DNA of 64,000 nt from Auanema rhodensis. Its lineage: Eukaryota; Animalia; Nematoda. Below the pieces are notes generated by a model. The model had not been told where the DNA came from. It did not search any database and saw only the letters and a program-made list of their open reading frames with translations. Positions 1 to 12,977 of the stretch are shown in pieces; position 1 is the stretch's first letter; each line of letters starts with the position of its first letter. A program made the position numbers and the translations under genes. The stretch spans positions 7,812,001-7,876,000 of the forward strand of contig OZ059894.1 of the NCBI GenBank assembly GCA_964057225.1. The letters run 5' to 3'.

Positions 1-3000
1 TCCGAACTACAAAAGAAAATAACATAATTATTAGGACAAGATAGAAATAATCTTACTCGGTCAGCAGCAACTTCATGGTCGTTTTCACCAAAGTCTTCAT
101 CGTCACTACTTTCACCAGCATTATCACGGCTGGATTTTCCTCTTTGGAAGGCTCTCTCTTCCTCGGCATCATCTTCGAAATCAGATTCCATGTCAACATC
201 CTCATCATCCTCATCATCTTCATCACCCTATAATTTCGACAATAAAACGGTCGTAAATTGTTTATCCAACTCACATCTTCATCACCATCACCTTCATCAT
301 CATCTTCATAATCTTCCTCGTCAAGCTCATCATCTTCCCCGTCAGACAGTTGTTCTTCCGCTCCTCGTTTCTCAGCTTTCTTTCTATGTTTTTCAGCTGA
401 AAATTCTTGGCTGAAATCAACATCGAATTCATCGTTGGCTTCTCCGGGTTCAAACTGATCTAAAAGAAAAACAATGAAATAATATTCTATTCGGACATAA
501 AATACCAATAATACGATCGAATTCTTCAGAGCCAACACTCTCGAACTCCCACTCATCTCCCTTTTCAGTCGTTTCTTCTTTGGGTTGGAATTTCATCTGG
601 GCGAATTTATGTAGATAGCGTTCATCAGCTGGCAATTCAGATGTCGATTTTTCGAGATATTCCTTAAGAAAAATAGTTTATAAAAAAAGTCACAACTGAT
701 TTCACAAACCTTGGAATTGATGGCCAATTTGCGTACACCCCATGGATCATAGGTTTTCTTTCGAGCAACTCTAACTTCCTTCTTTCCTTTAGAAGCGCCT
801 CTAGGATTTTTATAAGCAAATCTATCAAGGAACTTCATAAGTGTGTAATCTTCCAATGGATCTCCCTTATAGTTGATAAATTGACCCTATAATCACAGAA
901 ATAAATATGTATAACATCAAAATAAATTACTTTAAGGAGTTGTTCAGCAAAAATAGCAACTGAAGGATGAAAATGCTTTGATAACAGTAAAAGCTCTGTA
1001 TCTGGGAAGCTCTTGGCATCAATGAACAGAGGATTTCTACCAGCGGGATCATATGGAGTTCGATTGGATCGTGCAACTTAATATGCATATGTTGATGCTT
1101 CATGGATAGGATGTATCTTACCTTTGTGCACCCAACCACCCTTGCTGCTGGCCCCACAGGATCCAACAATACCAGATTTGGCCTTTTGATCATTTCCTTC
1201 ACCTTCAGATTCATTTTCACTGTCAGAATTCTAAGAGGGTCATAATTAAATAATTCTTAAAAAGCAAGCTCACCTCATCGGCTTTAGCCTCAATCTTCAC
1301 AACAGGTTTCCCGTCAACATCTAAATCAACATAATGCTCTTCGTCATCTTCATCGAAATTGACTTGAGTAAGAACTTTCTAAATAACAGTGATAATAAAT
1401 AAATTTAAATTAAATAAGCATACATTTGAATCTCTTTTAATGACTAGTACTCCTGGTCGCTTTTCAGCAATTCTGGAGACAAGAATCAAAATAGCCGCGG
1501 TCAAAGGTGGAGTAGCCCCAGTGGCAATCTATAATGATGCTCATGATCAGGAATAAATAGTGGATTCTCACCTGCAATAACCGCTTGATGAATGAACGAA
1601 TTCTATCCTCAGATGCATCAGCTTTCAAGACACGGAACAACAACAGCATAAGTTGATTGTAACAAGAAAGAGGAATCGGTGAAAACAGTTTTCGGTACAA
1701 AGCAGAATAGAATCTGTCTGACAAGGAGTCACTGAAACTCTATTTGTTTCGAGGAAACACAAAAATATATCCAACCTCAAATCTAGAACTTGATACAGCA
1801 GTTTCAATGTTTGCAATGCAACCGGGAAGGAAGAAGTGTGAACAACCTTATACAAAGCATTAATATCTTCCATAAGATTTTCAATTTTGTCTGAAAAAAA
1901 TATTAATACAACTTTCAATATACGGTTTCAAACTTTTAGTGAATGGGAAAGCTCGGTTAGAGGCAGAGAGTAGTATTCCTAATAATCTATTATCAGTTTT
2001 TTTCCGTGCAACAAGAGTTTTAAAAAGTCCAAAGTAAATGCTCAAGAGGTGAACTGGCACATGGCTTTCCTCATTTCTTAACCTAATCTGAGACATGAAA
2101 GAGGTGGCATATAACAAAGCTCTATCAGAAACATGTTTTCTGAAATAGAATACTACATGTTAACAAAACAAATGATGCGAATACCTGTAAACTAATCTTT
2201 CTGTTTCTTTAACGATAACAGGAATCATATTTGGCTGTCTACGGGTTAATTCTTCCAGCAAGGAAGATACATATGATCCAATTTTATAGTTTGGATGACC
2301 TAACTTATTAACAAGCATAGTAAGTAATAGCTGCAACAATAATGAATAGATATAGACTAGAAAGTATACTCTCACCTGCTCGGACTCCGGTCTTTCAGCT
2401 AATAGATTAACAGCAGTTTTCAAAGCACGCTTAGCCAAATCTTCAACAACTCCAGCAGCAATTCCCTAGAAAAAATTAATTAATGAATGATACTGGTCAA
2501 ACACGTACCTCTAATGCTTTGATGAAACGTTCATAATATTGTTTCAATTTATGTTCAAACATCCATAATACTAGTACGCGATTACGATTTTGTTCACGTC
2601 CTGCAGCAATTTCATTTAACTTTGCTAATGGTCTCTGAAATTTTAAGGTCATAACACTAAATTTGTGATACGATTACAAACCGATGAGAACGACAGCAAT
2701 TTTCGGCTTTCTGGCAAAAAATGGTTCACGAAAATTTCTTCCAGTAAAGCTGAAAAATATTAGCTATACAAATAATAATTACCACAAAGACTTACGAATA
2801 ATTTCCATAACTTCTCTTGTATTTTTTCTTTCAATAGTAATAATCATCGAATCAACATAGGGAAGTGCATGAACAGGGGAATTATGCATCTAGAAAAAAC
2901 AAAAAATATTTTGTTATACAAAAACAACAAACTTGAAGCTGCATGGCAGTCATTCTATCAGCAGATGTACCCTTTTTGACAACAGATAAAAGCCATGAAG

Positions 3001-3510
3001 CTTCTGATCCTCCTTGCTGTTTCAACACTTAAAATATAATGTATTAATGTAAAAACACGAAAATGTCCAACTCTTTGCATGTACATCCTGATCTGTTTTC
3101 AACAGGAAATCAGCATTATCAAAAAGTTCCTTAGTTTCTTCATCACTCAATTTATCTACGCTAGGATTTTCAACTTTTTGATCAGCCTGAGAACACTTCA
3201 GTTATAAGCAAACTTGAAAAAAAGTCTACCTGATAAGAAAACCATTTTGTTTCTTTTTTATGCTTAACTAAAGGTTGGAATTCAAACTTTTTCCTCTCCT
3301 TCTTTGAACCAGATTTTTTAGCAACAGCAGGTCCTGTAGAATTTTCATTTTCTTCAATGTTGTCATTTTGAGCTTCACTCATTGCCTCCCGTTTTGCAGG
3401 CTTGGCATTGGTCTGATCATGACTCTGAATCATACATTGAAACTTTGAATAAGAAATAAAAAACTTACAACTCTTTTTTTGAATTTTTTACTTTTGTCTA
3501 GTTCTGTCAT
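1..3510 (-). CDS. CEBPZ: CEBPZ / Mak21 / NOC1 family ribosome-biogenesis factor (CBF domain); multi-exon, 3' end runs off the window
   Basis: ATG at 3510 sits directly after a tttctcag acceptor. Spliced exons give family-typical segments: [73 protein letters not shown], plus an acidic C-terminal region. The intron at 7-56 shows the CDS continues beyond position 1. Confidence 0.9.
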
Positions 3511-3701
3511 CTGAGAAATAAGGCATTAAGTAATAAAATATTAAAACAAAAAATAAATACAAAGCAGTATATAACTGAGATTCAAGTAGAAAAGAAGAAA
3601 ACTTTAACTAAGGCATTCATCAACACGTGAAAAAAATCCGTATATAGTACACTCGTCTTGTATAATTTCAAAAAAATATATGTACAATATATATAACACA
3701 T

Positions 3702-5378
3702 TCACTTGGAAAAGAATGAAACGGTATATGTTTCAGCTTCTGCAGTAATATTGAATAATGGGTTAATAGGAGCCTATAATATATAATATTTTTTTCGAAA
3801 TTCAATTATTAAACTTACAAGAACATTAGCATCCCCACCCAATACATTACCTGACTTCATGGAATAGTACTGAGCAACAGAAAGACCACTGAGAACATAA
3901 CAAGTATGGTAAACATCTCTGCTTTTATCAGGTTTATCTCTCAAACCTCCATGTGGATCCTAGGTTTAAAATATTCAATACTAAAGCCACTGAGTATGAC
4001 GAACTTGGCAGGAAAGAAGAATATACTCTTCTAACATTCTTGAATTAAACAAAGAAGTGTCAACAGGACGGTTATTTCTCTCCATCTCCTTAATGCATAA
4101 TGGAAAAGCAGCGGCTTGCCAAAAGCTATAACATCCATCAACAAGTTTATTTGTACGGCCCTTAAAAATTGGATAAGAACTGATTTAAAAAAAAAGATTT
4201 ACTTGGAAGCCTCCCTCATATTTCATTTGTCTCTGAACAAGCCAATGTAAAAAACGATCATCATCCATTAACCGAAATCTTAAATTGGCCTATTAGTAAC
4301 GATACAAAAGGCAATAATTTACTTGTCCAAAAGAACTAAACTAGCAACAGCACAATAAGCGTAACCTCCATGGGCTTCTACACCAGGTTCACCTCCAAAG
4401 CCACCTTCGTATGTTTGACAGCTAAATACTATTTCGTGAGATAAGATTTCGCACAAAGTAAAATATTCAGGAAAATCAACTATTAACATAATGCAAATGC
4501 AAACAGATAACTTGAGCTGAAGTAGTAAAAGTGAAAAAGCATGAAATTTCGAATAACTAAACCTTATGATCCATTCAGCTGTAGAATTTTTAAGTTCAGG
4601 AGTAAGTAATCCAGTGATGGCAGCAACAGCAAGACCACAATATGCACCTCGCATATCACATTCACCTCCTTCATGCATTGAAAAACTTCCATTTGGTTGC
4701 TTCATACGATTTAGGAATGCTTTTAGTTTAACTCTATTATATAGAAAATATATAACAGTGAAATTAATAAAGATTAAACCTATCGATACTCTCAAGAGCC
4801 CGCTTGTCCCTCAAGGAAGATAAAGCCATAACTGCTGCATAGGTAGGAGCTAAGTGAGCTAGTTGGCCAGGACCTCCTAAAAGGTATAATTTAAATTAAT
4901 AACTTCAAGTACAAACAAATCAACCTCCATAGCCGCCACCAGGATGTTCACATGATTTCAGAAAACTGACAAGATCATCTATCAAATCAAAAGGGAGATC
5001 AACCTCCAGAACATTCAAGGAATGAATAGCCCAGTAACAAAGCCAAGTACGACTAGCATCTAATGTCTGTAAACGTCTTCGTAATAGTTAAGACAAGATA
5101 CCACTTACTGAATAACTTTTATTTAATTCGCGCAGAGACCTTAGTAAATAATGTACATGATTGTCTCGATTAAGTAAAACTAATCCATTAGTTTCATCAC
5201 TTACAGGTAAAAAACTTAATAATTCCTCCTTAACCATTTCTTCAACTTTTATCTAAATAAAAAAATATTTTTATATAGAAATAAAGATTACCTGCTCTGT
5301 ACTGGTATTAGTTTGAAGACCATCATCACAAAACAAAAATTTTTCACGGCAAGATAAAAAATCGTCTTCAACAGCCAT
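3702..5378 (-). CDS. fntb-1: Protein farnesyltransferase beta subunit; multi-exon
   Basis: ATG at 5378 follows a ttttcttag acceptor. Exons encode LDASRTWLCYW, GGYGGGPGQLAHLAPTYAAV, SFSMHEGGECDMRGAYC, CQTYEGGFGGEPGVEAHGGYAYC, GRTNKLVDGCYSFWQ and GGLRDKPDKSRDVYHTCYVLSGLS. Stop TGA at 3704-3702. Confidence 0.95.
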
Positions 5379-6399
5379 TCTCTAAGAAAATAATAATAAT
5401 AAATTTTTAAATCTAAGCTAAAGTTAAATTTTAAAAAATCAACATTCTATATTGAGAAAATTGTTTTAAAATAAGTATACGCAACATTCCGAGTACGTGA
5501 ACTTTCGGAAGAAACCGTATCGTAATTTTAAAAAATATTTTCATACTGAATACGAAAAATATAAAATATATAATTTACATTTATAATGGCTGTAAAAATT
5601 AAGTATAATTCACAGTGAAAAAATTTTCTAAAATGATATAAAAATATAAATTTAAAAAAATACAACATTTTCTGCAAAATTAGATAAAGATGCTAATTTG
5701 AAATTGGACAAAATTCGGCATTATGGCGTGATCAGAATTTCTAATAGGGATCTTGAAGATAAGAAATATATTTCATCAGGATAATTTTACATCACCTTAT
5801 CCTAAATTATTCTCGGATGATATTTATCATTAATGAATAACGGAAGTCATTCGAAAATAAACAGCCATATTATATTGGGTATGATTACAAAGTACCACTT
5901 GATGTCATTAGACCTTTGCCACTATGAAATATTTCCCAACTCAAATCTATTAATTAATTAATTAATCATTTTCATGAATCATTTTAAATGGTTCCGTAAG
6001 TATGGGTTATATGGAACCATATAGTTGACTCAAAAATACAATTACATTGTTTTTGAGAGATACAATGCAATGAATAAGAAATTTTGAAACGACAAATCAG
6101 AATATCAAAGGATTATCGTTAAATTCCATAAAACTGAAAAGAAGAAGAACCCTTTCTAGTTAATATTGTACAGAAATATGCACCCATTTATTATACAAAA
6201 CATTAATTGAAATTCACATTCAATGTGCAAATCCGTATTGTATAACTCGTTGATAGAAACTTCCAAATGCACTCGATTACTCGCTATATGAACGTATTTT
6301 TGCATTTGTTTCTCATTTTCTTGTGGTTATTTGTTTTTTTTGTTATTGAAATTCTAAATTCCATTCCCAGAAATTGTCTACATAACTCATTGAAAATAC

Positions 6400-9300
6400 A
6401 TGGAGTTGAGTTATAAATTAAAGTTTAAGGTAAATGGTAACAAAGTTCATTTCGCTATCTAGTGCTCTCTGACTGTACTCAGTTTATCATAACCGCCTAC
6501 TCAACTGACTGAGTCAGCAAACAGCTCGAAAGATTAGCAACATTGCCTTGTAAGCTAAGAGAAACTTCACCCGAGAACACGTTCCTCCATGAGGATGGTT
6601 CTGTTTGCGAAGATGACTTGGTCATCTCTTGATTCAATCCATGTATTTCGTCGTGTTCCATATTGACATTCCCGCCAAATACTATACAACTTTACTAGAT
6701 ATGCTTATATCAATGGCTTTTTTGAACGATTTTGCACTTACGTAGGCCAATATGATAGAACTTTCCCAGTGTATAGATTATGTTCAGTTTGAAGTTTTCA
6801 GATCATTTTCAATTTATGTGATTTCTTTCAACTGCTTCTAAAATATATTTTTAATCGATATGCGACTAAATTTTTATTATGAGTCATAATGCTATCACAC
6901 AACCATATATGTTATCAATCTTTACTACCGCTTGGTCTTACTTTCCAAATTTATCAATTACTGACCATCATAGTTGAAAAAATATAATATAGTACGAATA
7001 CTTTCTCTTTTTTTCTTATCGATTGCAATTATAATATTTAAAATAGTTTTTTTTAAAGATCTAATGGGGCCTGTAGTTTTACGGGATAACCTTTGTGTGA
7101 CCGGTGTTCATGCTTCATCACATGTTATGGCTGTAGGAAGAGATGGACAGCTAATCATCAAGTAATAAGCTCCGTTAGATTGCTATTGTGTTTGCAAAAC
7201 TTGTTTTCAGAGTTTCAAATAGATCTTTACTATATTATGACATCAATGATATTAGTATACAACGGCTGGAATTATCAAAAATGAATCCCATATATTCTGA
7301 ATGTCAAGTAAATTCTATTTATTTCTCGAATTCTTAATTCAAAAGTGAATTTCAGATTTTTGAAATATCATTCTTACGGAATGGTAATCTACTGTTAGTG
7401 TTAACACAATCATGTAGTAAAGAGATACTAATATGTGAGGCAACCATTGACCTCCAAGAAAAACTCGTGGATATAAGTGGCACAGTTCATAAAACAAAAA
7501 TTTATTTTAGGTAATAAAAAGAATTAGTTTTGATTTGTTTACAAACTTTTATTTTGAAGAGAAGAACGAAAGATTAGCTTAGTTCAAGATGAAGCCGGTG
7601 TTGTAATTGTTAGTTATCCCATTCGTTGGAAAACATCCGAGAATACCGTAGAATTATTTCATGCTAGCAATTTCTTAGAAGCATCAGCTGGAGAAAAGTA
7701 TACAATTAGTCTTACAACAAAAGATAAAATATCAAGTAAGTTTTAAATAAGATATATTAGTTGTTTGATGTAAAGAATTTGTAGATGTGATCTTCTGTAA
7801 CCCATTCATATCTAGAAATCATCTGTATCTCTTTGATGCAACAAATTTTTCCAGATTCCTCTTAGTTCCACTTACTGGTAAATGAAAAATTTACCCCAAC
7901 TCTATATTCTCTAAAAATTATTCAGGAAGCAAATGTGGAAAATGTGAAGTTCGAAGTACTCATGGTGCTCCACCTAGTTACGAATATTTGTTAAAACCTT
8001 TGATAGTTTTTGAAGATTTTATTCTCATATATGCCCATATGCATCGATCTTCAATTCCAAATTTGCATATGCTGAACCTGACGTGAGTAATATCTTCAGA
8101 TGCTCATGATATTAATTGACAAAAACTTCAGAAACTTGAAGTGGTATCCTTTGCATTTAGCTCTTTCTCATCATTATCCAGCTGGAAAAGTGTGTTTTGC
8201 AAAGGTATTTTCTGCCAAAATATCAATTATTATATTCAATAATTCTAAGGCTTCTGAAGACGTCATCTATCTTCACGGTGATTGCAATGTTGCGAATTGT
8301 TTAGAAAAGTCTCACTTGTATCAAATCAATGTTGATGCTATATCGGTAATCTTCAGAGAAATATGTGTGAAATTATTAAAAAAAATTAAATTACAGGCCC
8401 TACTTATGACTCGAACTCATACAACCTTGTCTGATAATCTATCTCTAAGTTCATTACCTAGGATGGTTCGAAGAACATCCTCATTATCACAAGTGCGCTT
8501 TTAAATAATAAAATTTGGAACTATATATCCAAATATCTTATTGGATAATTCTACAATTTTTCTTTTTAAGTTTTCTCTCGATAGTCCATCAGCAACTTCC
8601 ACAACCTTCTTCCCTGCCAGTCCAGTTTGTACAAAAGCTGCTGATCCTCCAATTCAAAGATATAAGAAGAGGATCGAAGTAAGCGATTACATAAGTTTTT
8701 TCTTGTAAATATTGTAATATGTATATTGTATATTAGTTACAGAACAAAAATAATCGTTTTCCCTTGAGTAAATCGGCAGGTGGTGAAGAAGACAAGCTTC
8801 TCTACGATGAACCGTTGAAGAAAAGTAAGTTTATAGCTCTTTGATTGCACTGCTATAATTATAATTTGCACTTTTTAATATTTAAAAACAGAAATTGAAG
8901 CTATTGAATAACATATTTTTTGGGAATGGAAGAAAATATTTTTTCATATGGTTTTTCCTAACTATAGAAAATAATTTTTTTCCCAATACTAGCAAAAATC
9001 ACTGTCCAAAGCCTATATCTCGTACGTTTTTCTGTTTTTCTGTTTTAAAATGAAATAAAAAGGAAAGAGTTCAAAACTATTTCCATTATTTGGTTTATGT
9101 GCTGTTGGAGAAACAGTTTTTCAGCATTTTTTTTATTGTCAATGATCCGATAAAGGTAGACGAACATTGCTGTTAAGCATTGAACTGATTGTGTGCAAAT
9201 CGTTTTCGTGAATATCTTATCATGTTTGTCCTCTCCTGAAAGTTGAAAATCATACAAATTATAGTAACAAATCTGTCGTATAAATTCGGAACGGAATCAT

Positions 9301-11922
9301 TTTTCCATGCTGCCTGAGTTGTTTCCATACCAGATTGGAGCTTTTTTTTTACTTTTTCGAGTAATTATTTGTTAAACCTAAATATAATTCCTAGTGATGG
9401 CAGTCATTTATTTTGAAAAAAAAAAGATATAATCCATATCTGTATGATAAACTTGAAAAAAAAGTTGCAGCCAGTCTGATTTGCGACTAAGATGAGGTTT
9501 TTTTGAAAGAACAATAAGCATTTCCGACTCTATATTGGTCATCGATTTTACTGGGATACATAAACCAGTTAATCCGCTTTTAGTTCGATTTTACCGTCTT
9601 AACATAAAATGATCATGATATTACTGAACATGATTTCAGTGTATGTTACGCATGTTTGGACTTAGATTGCCCAGATCGTATACAAGTTTTGTGTTTTAAC
9701 TTAACCATAACCGTTTGATTTGAGTCATATGCTTACTAATATTTTCTATTTATTCGTTTTATCTTTGTCCTTTATAGTATAACTTAGTATTTATATTTTT
9801 TAAATATTTCATGATTGCAATTATTTTTATTTTCTCAGAAATTTGTTTTTATATTTTAAATTTTTTATGATTTTTTTCACTTTAGGTTCATCTTGTTCTT
9901 CTGTTCATTGGGGAGCAGATATGGCTGAACAGAACGGATCATCCATGCAGGTAATTCTAAATAAATTTTTATATTTCTCATTATTTTTTGATATTTAATA
10001 TGTAGAGACAAATGAAAACAGCTTTGGACATGGGATATCCCGAGCAAGTAGTGATGGATGCATTCACCGCTAATGGTACTGCTTCAGGAGGAGTGAGTTG
10101 CTTTGTTTTGTTTTGTTTATATTCAGTTGTGAAAAAATTCAATAAAAAACATTCTGTTGCAGAATCCAAAGGAACTAGGACCATTTGATACTTATAACAA
10201 TATGCTTGATGTTCTGCAACGTGTGTCTGGACGTGGCTCCAGTGAAACAACTCGTTTCAGGCCTTTGTCAATTTATGATGAAAATGCTTCCAAGTTAGTA
10301 CTCTATATTTTTTCATCTATATATGTTTAATCATTAGTTTATGTATGAATTTTATTTGTTTATTTTTAAATTTAAACTATTTTCAGTGAAAATACTTATC
10401 GTTCCTTGAATGCTCATCCTCGATCCTCATCTGTGAATCGATCCAGTTCTTTTTCTGGACCTCATTTAAGAAATGAGCAAGATCGTAAACAAGATTTGTG
10501 CAGAATTATAAATGCTTTGGATAAGGAAAAGGATCGAGATAAGCAAGAGTTTGAGCAACATTTCAGTATTATGAAGGTTTGGAATAGTTCTAGAAGAACT
10601 CTTAAAACGATAATGTTTTCAGAAAAAAATTGAGGAACTTGAAAGCATATTAGAATCTACAAGAGAAGAGAAAAATCGTTTAAGTATAGATGATGAAACG
10701 AAGGTTTTTTAAAATTTTTGTCAGCAAACCTAAGAAGTTTTAGTCAAAAACCTTAAAAGAACAAATGGAGTTGATAACAAGATTGGAAATCAAATCTAAG
10801 TCACAAATCGAGGTTATAGATAAGTTGGTAAGAAGTGATAGTATAGTTAGTGAAAAGTTTGATCATGTTTTGTAGACAATTGATAAACTTAAGCTTGAAC
10901 GGGATGTTGAGCGTCAGAAAGAGCTTGCTGATCATAGAGGACTACAGTATCAAAACTTGCTCAGAGATAAAGATCGAGAAGAAGACACTTTGAAGAACCA
11001 GCTTGAACAACTTCGATCAGATTTGGAAATTAAAAAATCCTTGTTAGATGAGCAAACTTCTATAACTAAACGATTGGAAGATCAACGCAATAGCTTGGTA
11101 TGAACTTTTTTTTTTCAATTTTGAAGTTGTCCTGAACATTCTTCTCATTTATTTAAAAATTTTGGGTTAAATTCTTATCTATGGGAAGAAAAAAAACTTT
11201 TATTGGGTGAGCTCACTGTCCGGTTGCAGCAATCAAGCGTATTATTGGAGAAAATAGCTGAAACTTCGTCCATAATTCTTCAAAAGAAGGAAGAACATGA
11301 TACAATACAAAAGGAACTTTTGGAAAATTCTATAAAACATCAGAAAGAAGTTCAGATAGAATTGGAGAAGATTCAAGAGCTGTATAAGCAAGTGGTTCGT
11401 ACACATACATATCTTATGGAATGAAATAAGCATGATAGCAACTTACTAAACCTCTTAGTTCATGGGCTAGAATACCGTAATTAGTTTTGAAAAAATTGAA
11501 TTTTTAGTTTTTTTGTCTTTAATTTTCCTTCTAAGTTTATAGTTGAATGTTTTCTTTTTAAATATATAAGAATATCAATTTCAGGTTACTCAGCTTCATT
11601 CAATGGAGAAAGAACATGAGAAAGAACTTCTAGAAAAACAACAAATTATTATTAAAATGGAAGAAAATGCTCTTAATATGTCGAGGCAAATATCTGTCTT
11701 ATTAGACAAAGCTTCATCAGAATGCTGCATATGTTTAACAAATAAAGTAAGTTTAAAGTCGATTTTGTTCATTTCTTTCACTTCAATTACTTATTTCAGC
11801 CTAATATAGTTCTACAGCCTTGTAGACATTTGGTTGTTTGTACTGGATGCTTCCAAGATTCCATAACGCATTGCCCCACATGTCGCACTTTCATAGATGA
11901 TACAATGGCTGTCTACACATGA
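6400..11922 (+). CDS. Multi-exon RING E3-ligase-like protein: kelch-like beta-propeller, UBA-like domain, coiled coil, C-terminal C3HC4 (IAP/neuralized-type) RING
   Basis: Exons splice in frame from 7059 through the long intron 8825-9885 to TGA at 11920-11922; the acceptor near 11166-11230 is ambiguous. The propeller-like region includes LHMLNLTNLKWYPL and VIYLHGDC. UBA-like: QMKTALDMGYPEQVVMDAF..FDTYNNMLDVL. RING: CCICLTNKPNIVLQPCRHLVVCTGC..HCPTCR. The first exon 6400-6436 is phase-compatible but tentative; an alternative start is ATG 7064. Confidence 0.8.
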
Positions 11923-12977
11923 TGATTCAAAAAAAATTGTTATTACCATTAGCACATCTGATTTTTCTTGAATACTCTTTGAATATTCTTTATTTGAAGA
12001 TAATTATAACTTGCATATGTCTTTCGAAGTGCAAAATTATTACAACAGGTATATCATACGGTTAATAAATTTTCATTTTTTTCTAGAATAATTAGAAAAA
12101 AATTATTTTGTGATGGTCTTAAACTTTTATAACAAGTTTAAATCTATTGTTTTGTACAGTGTTTTCGAATAAATGTTTTTTTCAGCTTCGTAAAATTCTA
12201 TTTATGTAGAACATTTGTTAAAAATTAAATTATTTTCATTTCTTTAATAATTGCTTGTATTCCTTACACTTAATTGCTAAATTAGGATAAGTGTACAACG
12301 ATTACAATAATTATATAAATATATTTTAATTTATAATATGATAATTAATTATTTTTCTTCTTAAAAACTTTAACTTATCAATCAATTTTGAGTGTAAGGA
12401 CTTACCAAAACTTGCATTGGAGACTCCTGATCAGGTTCATTTTGGACTTTGCGTAATCGAAAATTGAAGGTGTTTGAATATTAAATTCAGACGTTAATGA
12501 GGAACTTGTGAGATGATTATGAGTATTCCACCATTTCAACATCAAATTGAGAACTCAATATAGTTTTATTAAACTGTGGAAGTAAACTTGCAAATATTAT
12601 TCATTTTATTATATTTATATTAAAATAGAATACTTATTTATTTTAATTTTATAAGTTTAGAGCGATGTGTTTGTAGGCGTCATGTGTTTCCACATACATA
12701 TGTCAACTGAACAAGGAACATGAGAAAGGAATACATGAAAGATAAGAGTGCTTGCTTTTCCAAATTTATGTTTAACGATAGGAAACAATCATTTATCAGA
12801 TCAGGTTTACTTCGGTAACACAGACGTCGCGGTTACATTACCTCGGTAAGTTTAGTTATTGTTCTCAATAATGACTAATTTAAAAAAAAAAATGTTTTAA
12901 TGTTCGTATTTATGAGAAAAACTGTAATTTCTGTTAACGATTTGTTATAGTACCCAAAAAGGATAAATTACCATTTC

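Noticed and set aside
190-414. Ser/His-rich plus-strand ORF
   Set aside because: Antisense of the Asp/Glu-rich CEBPZ tail.
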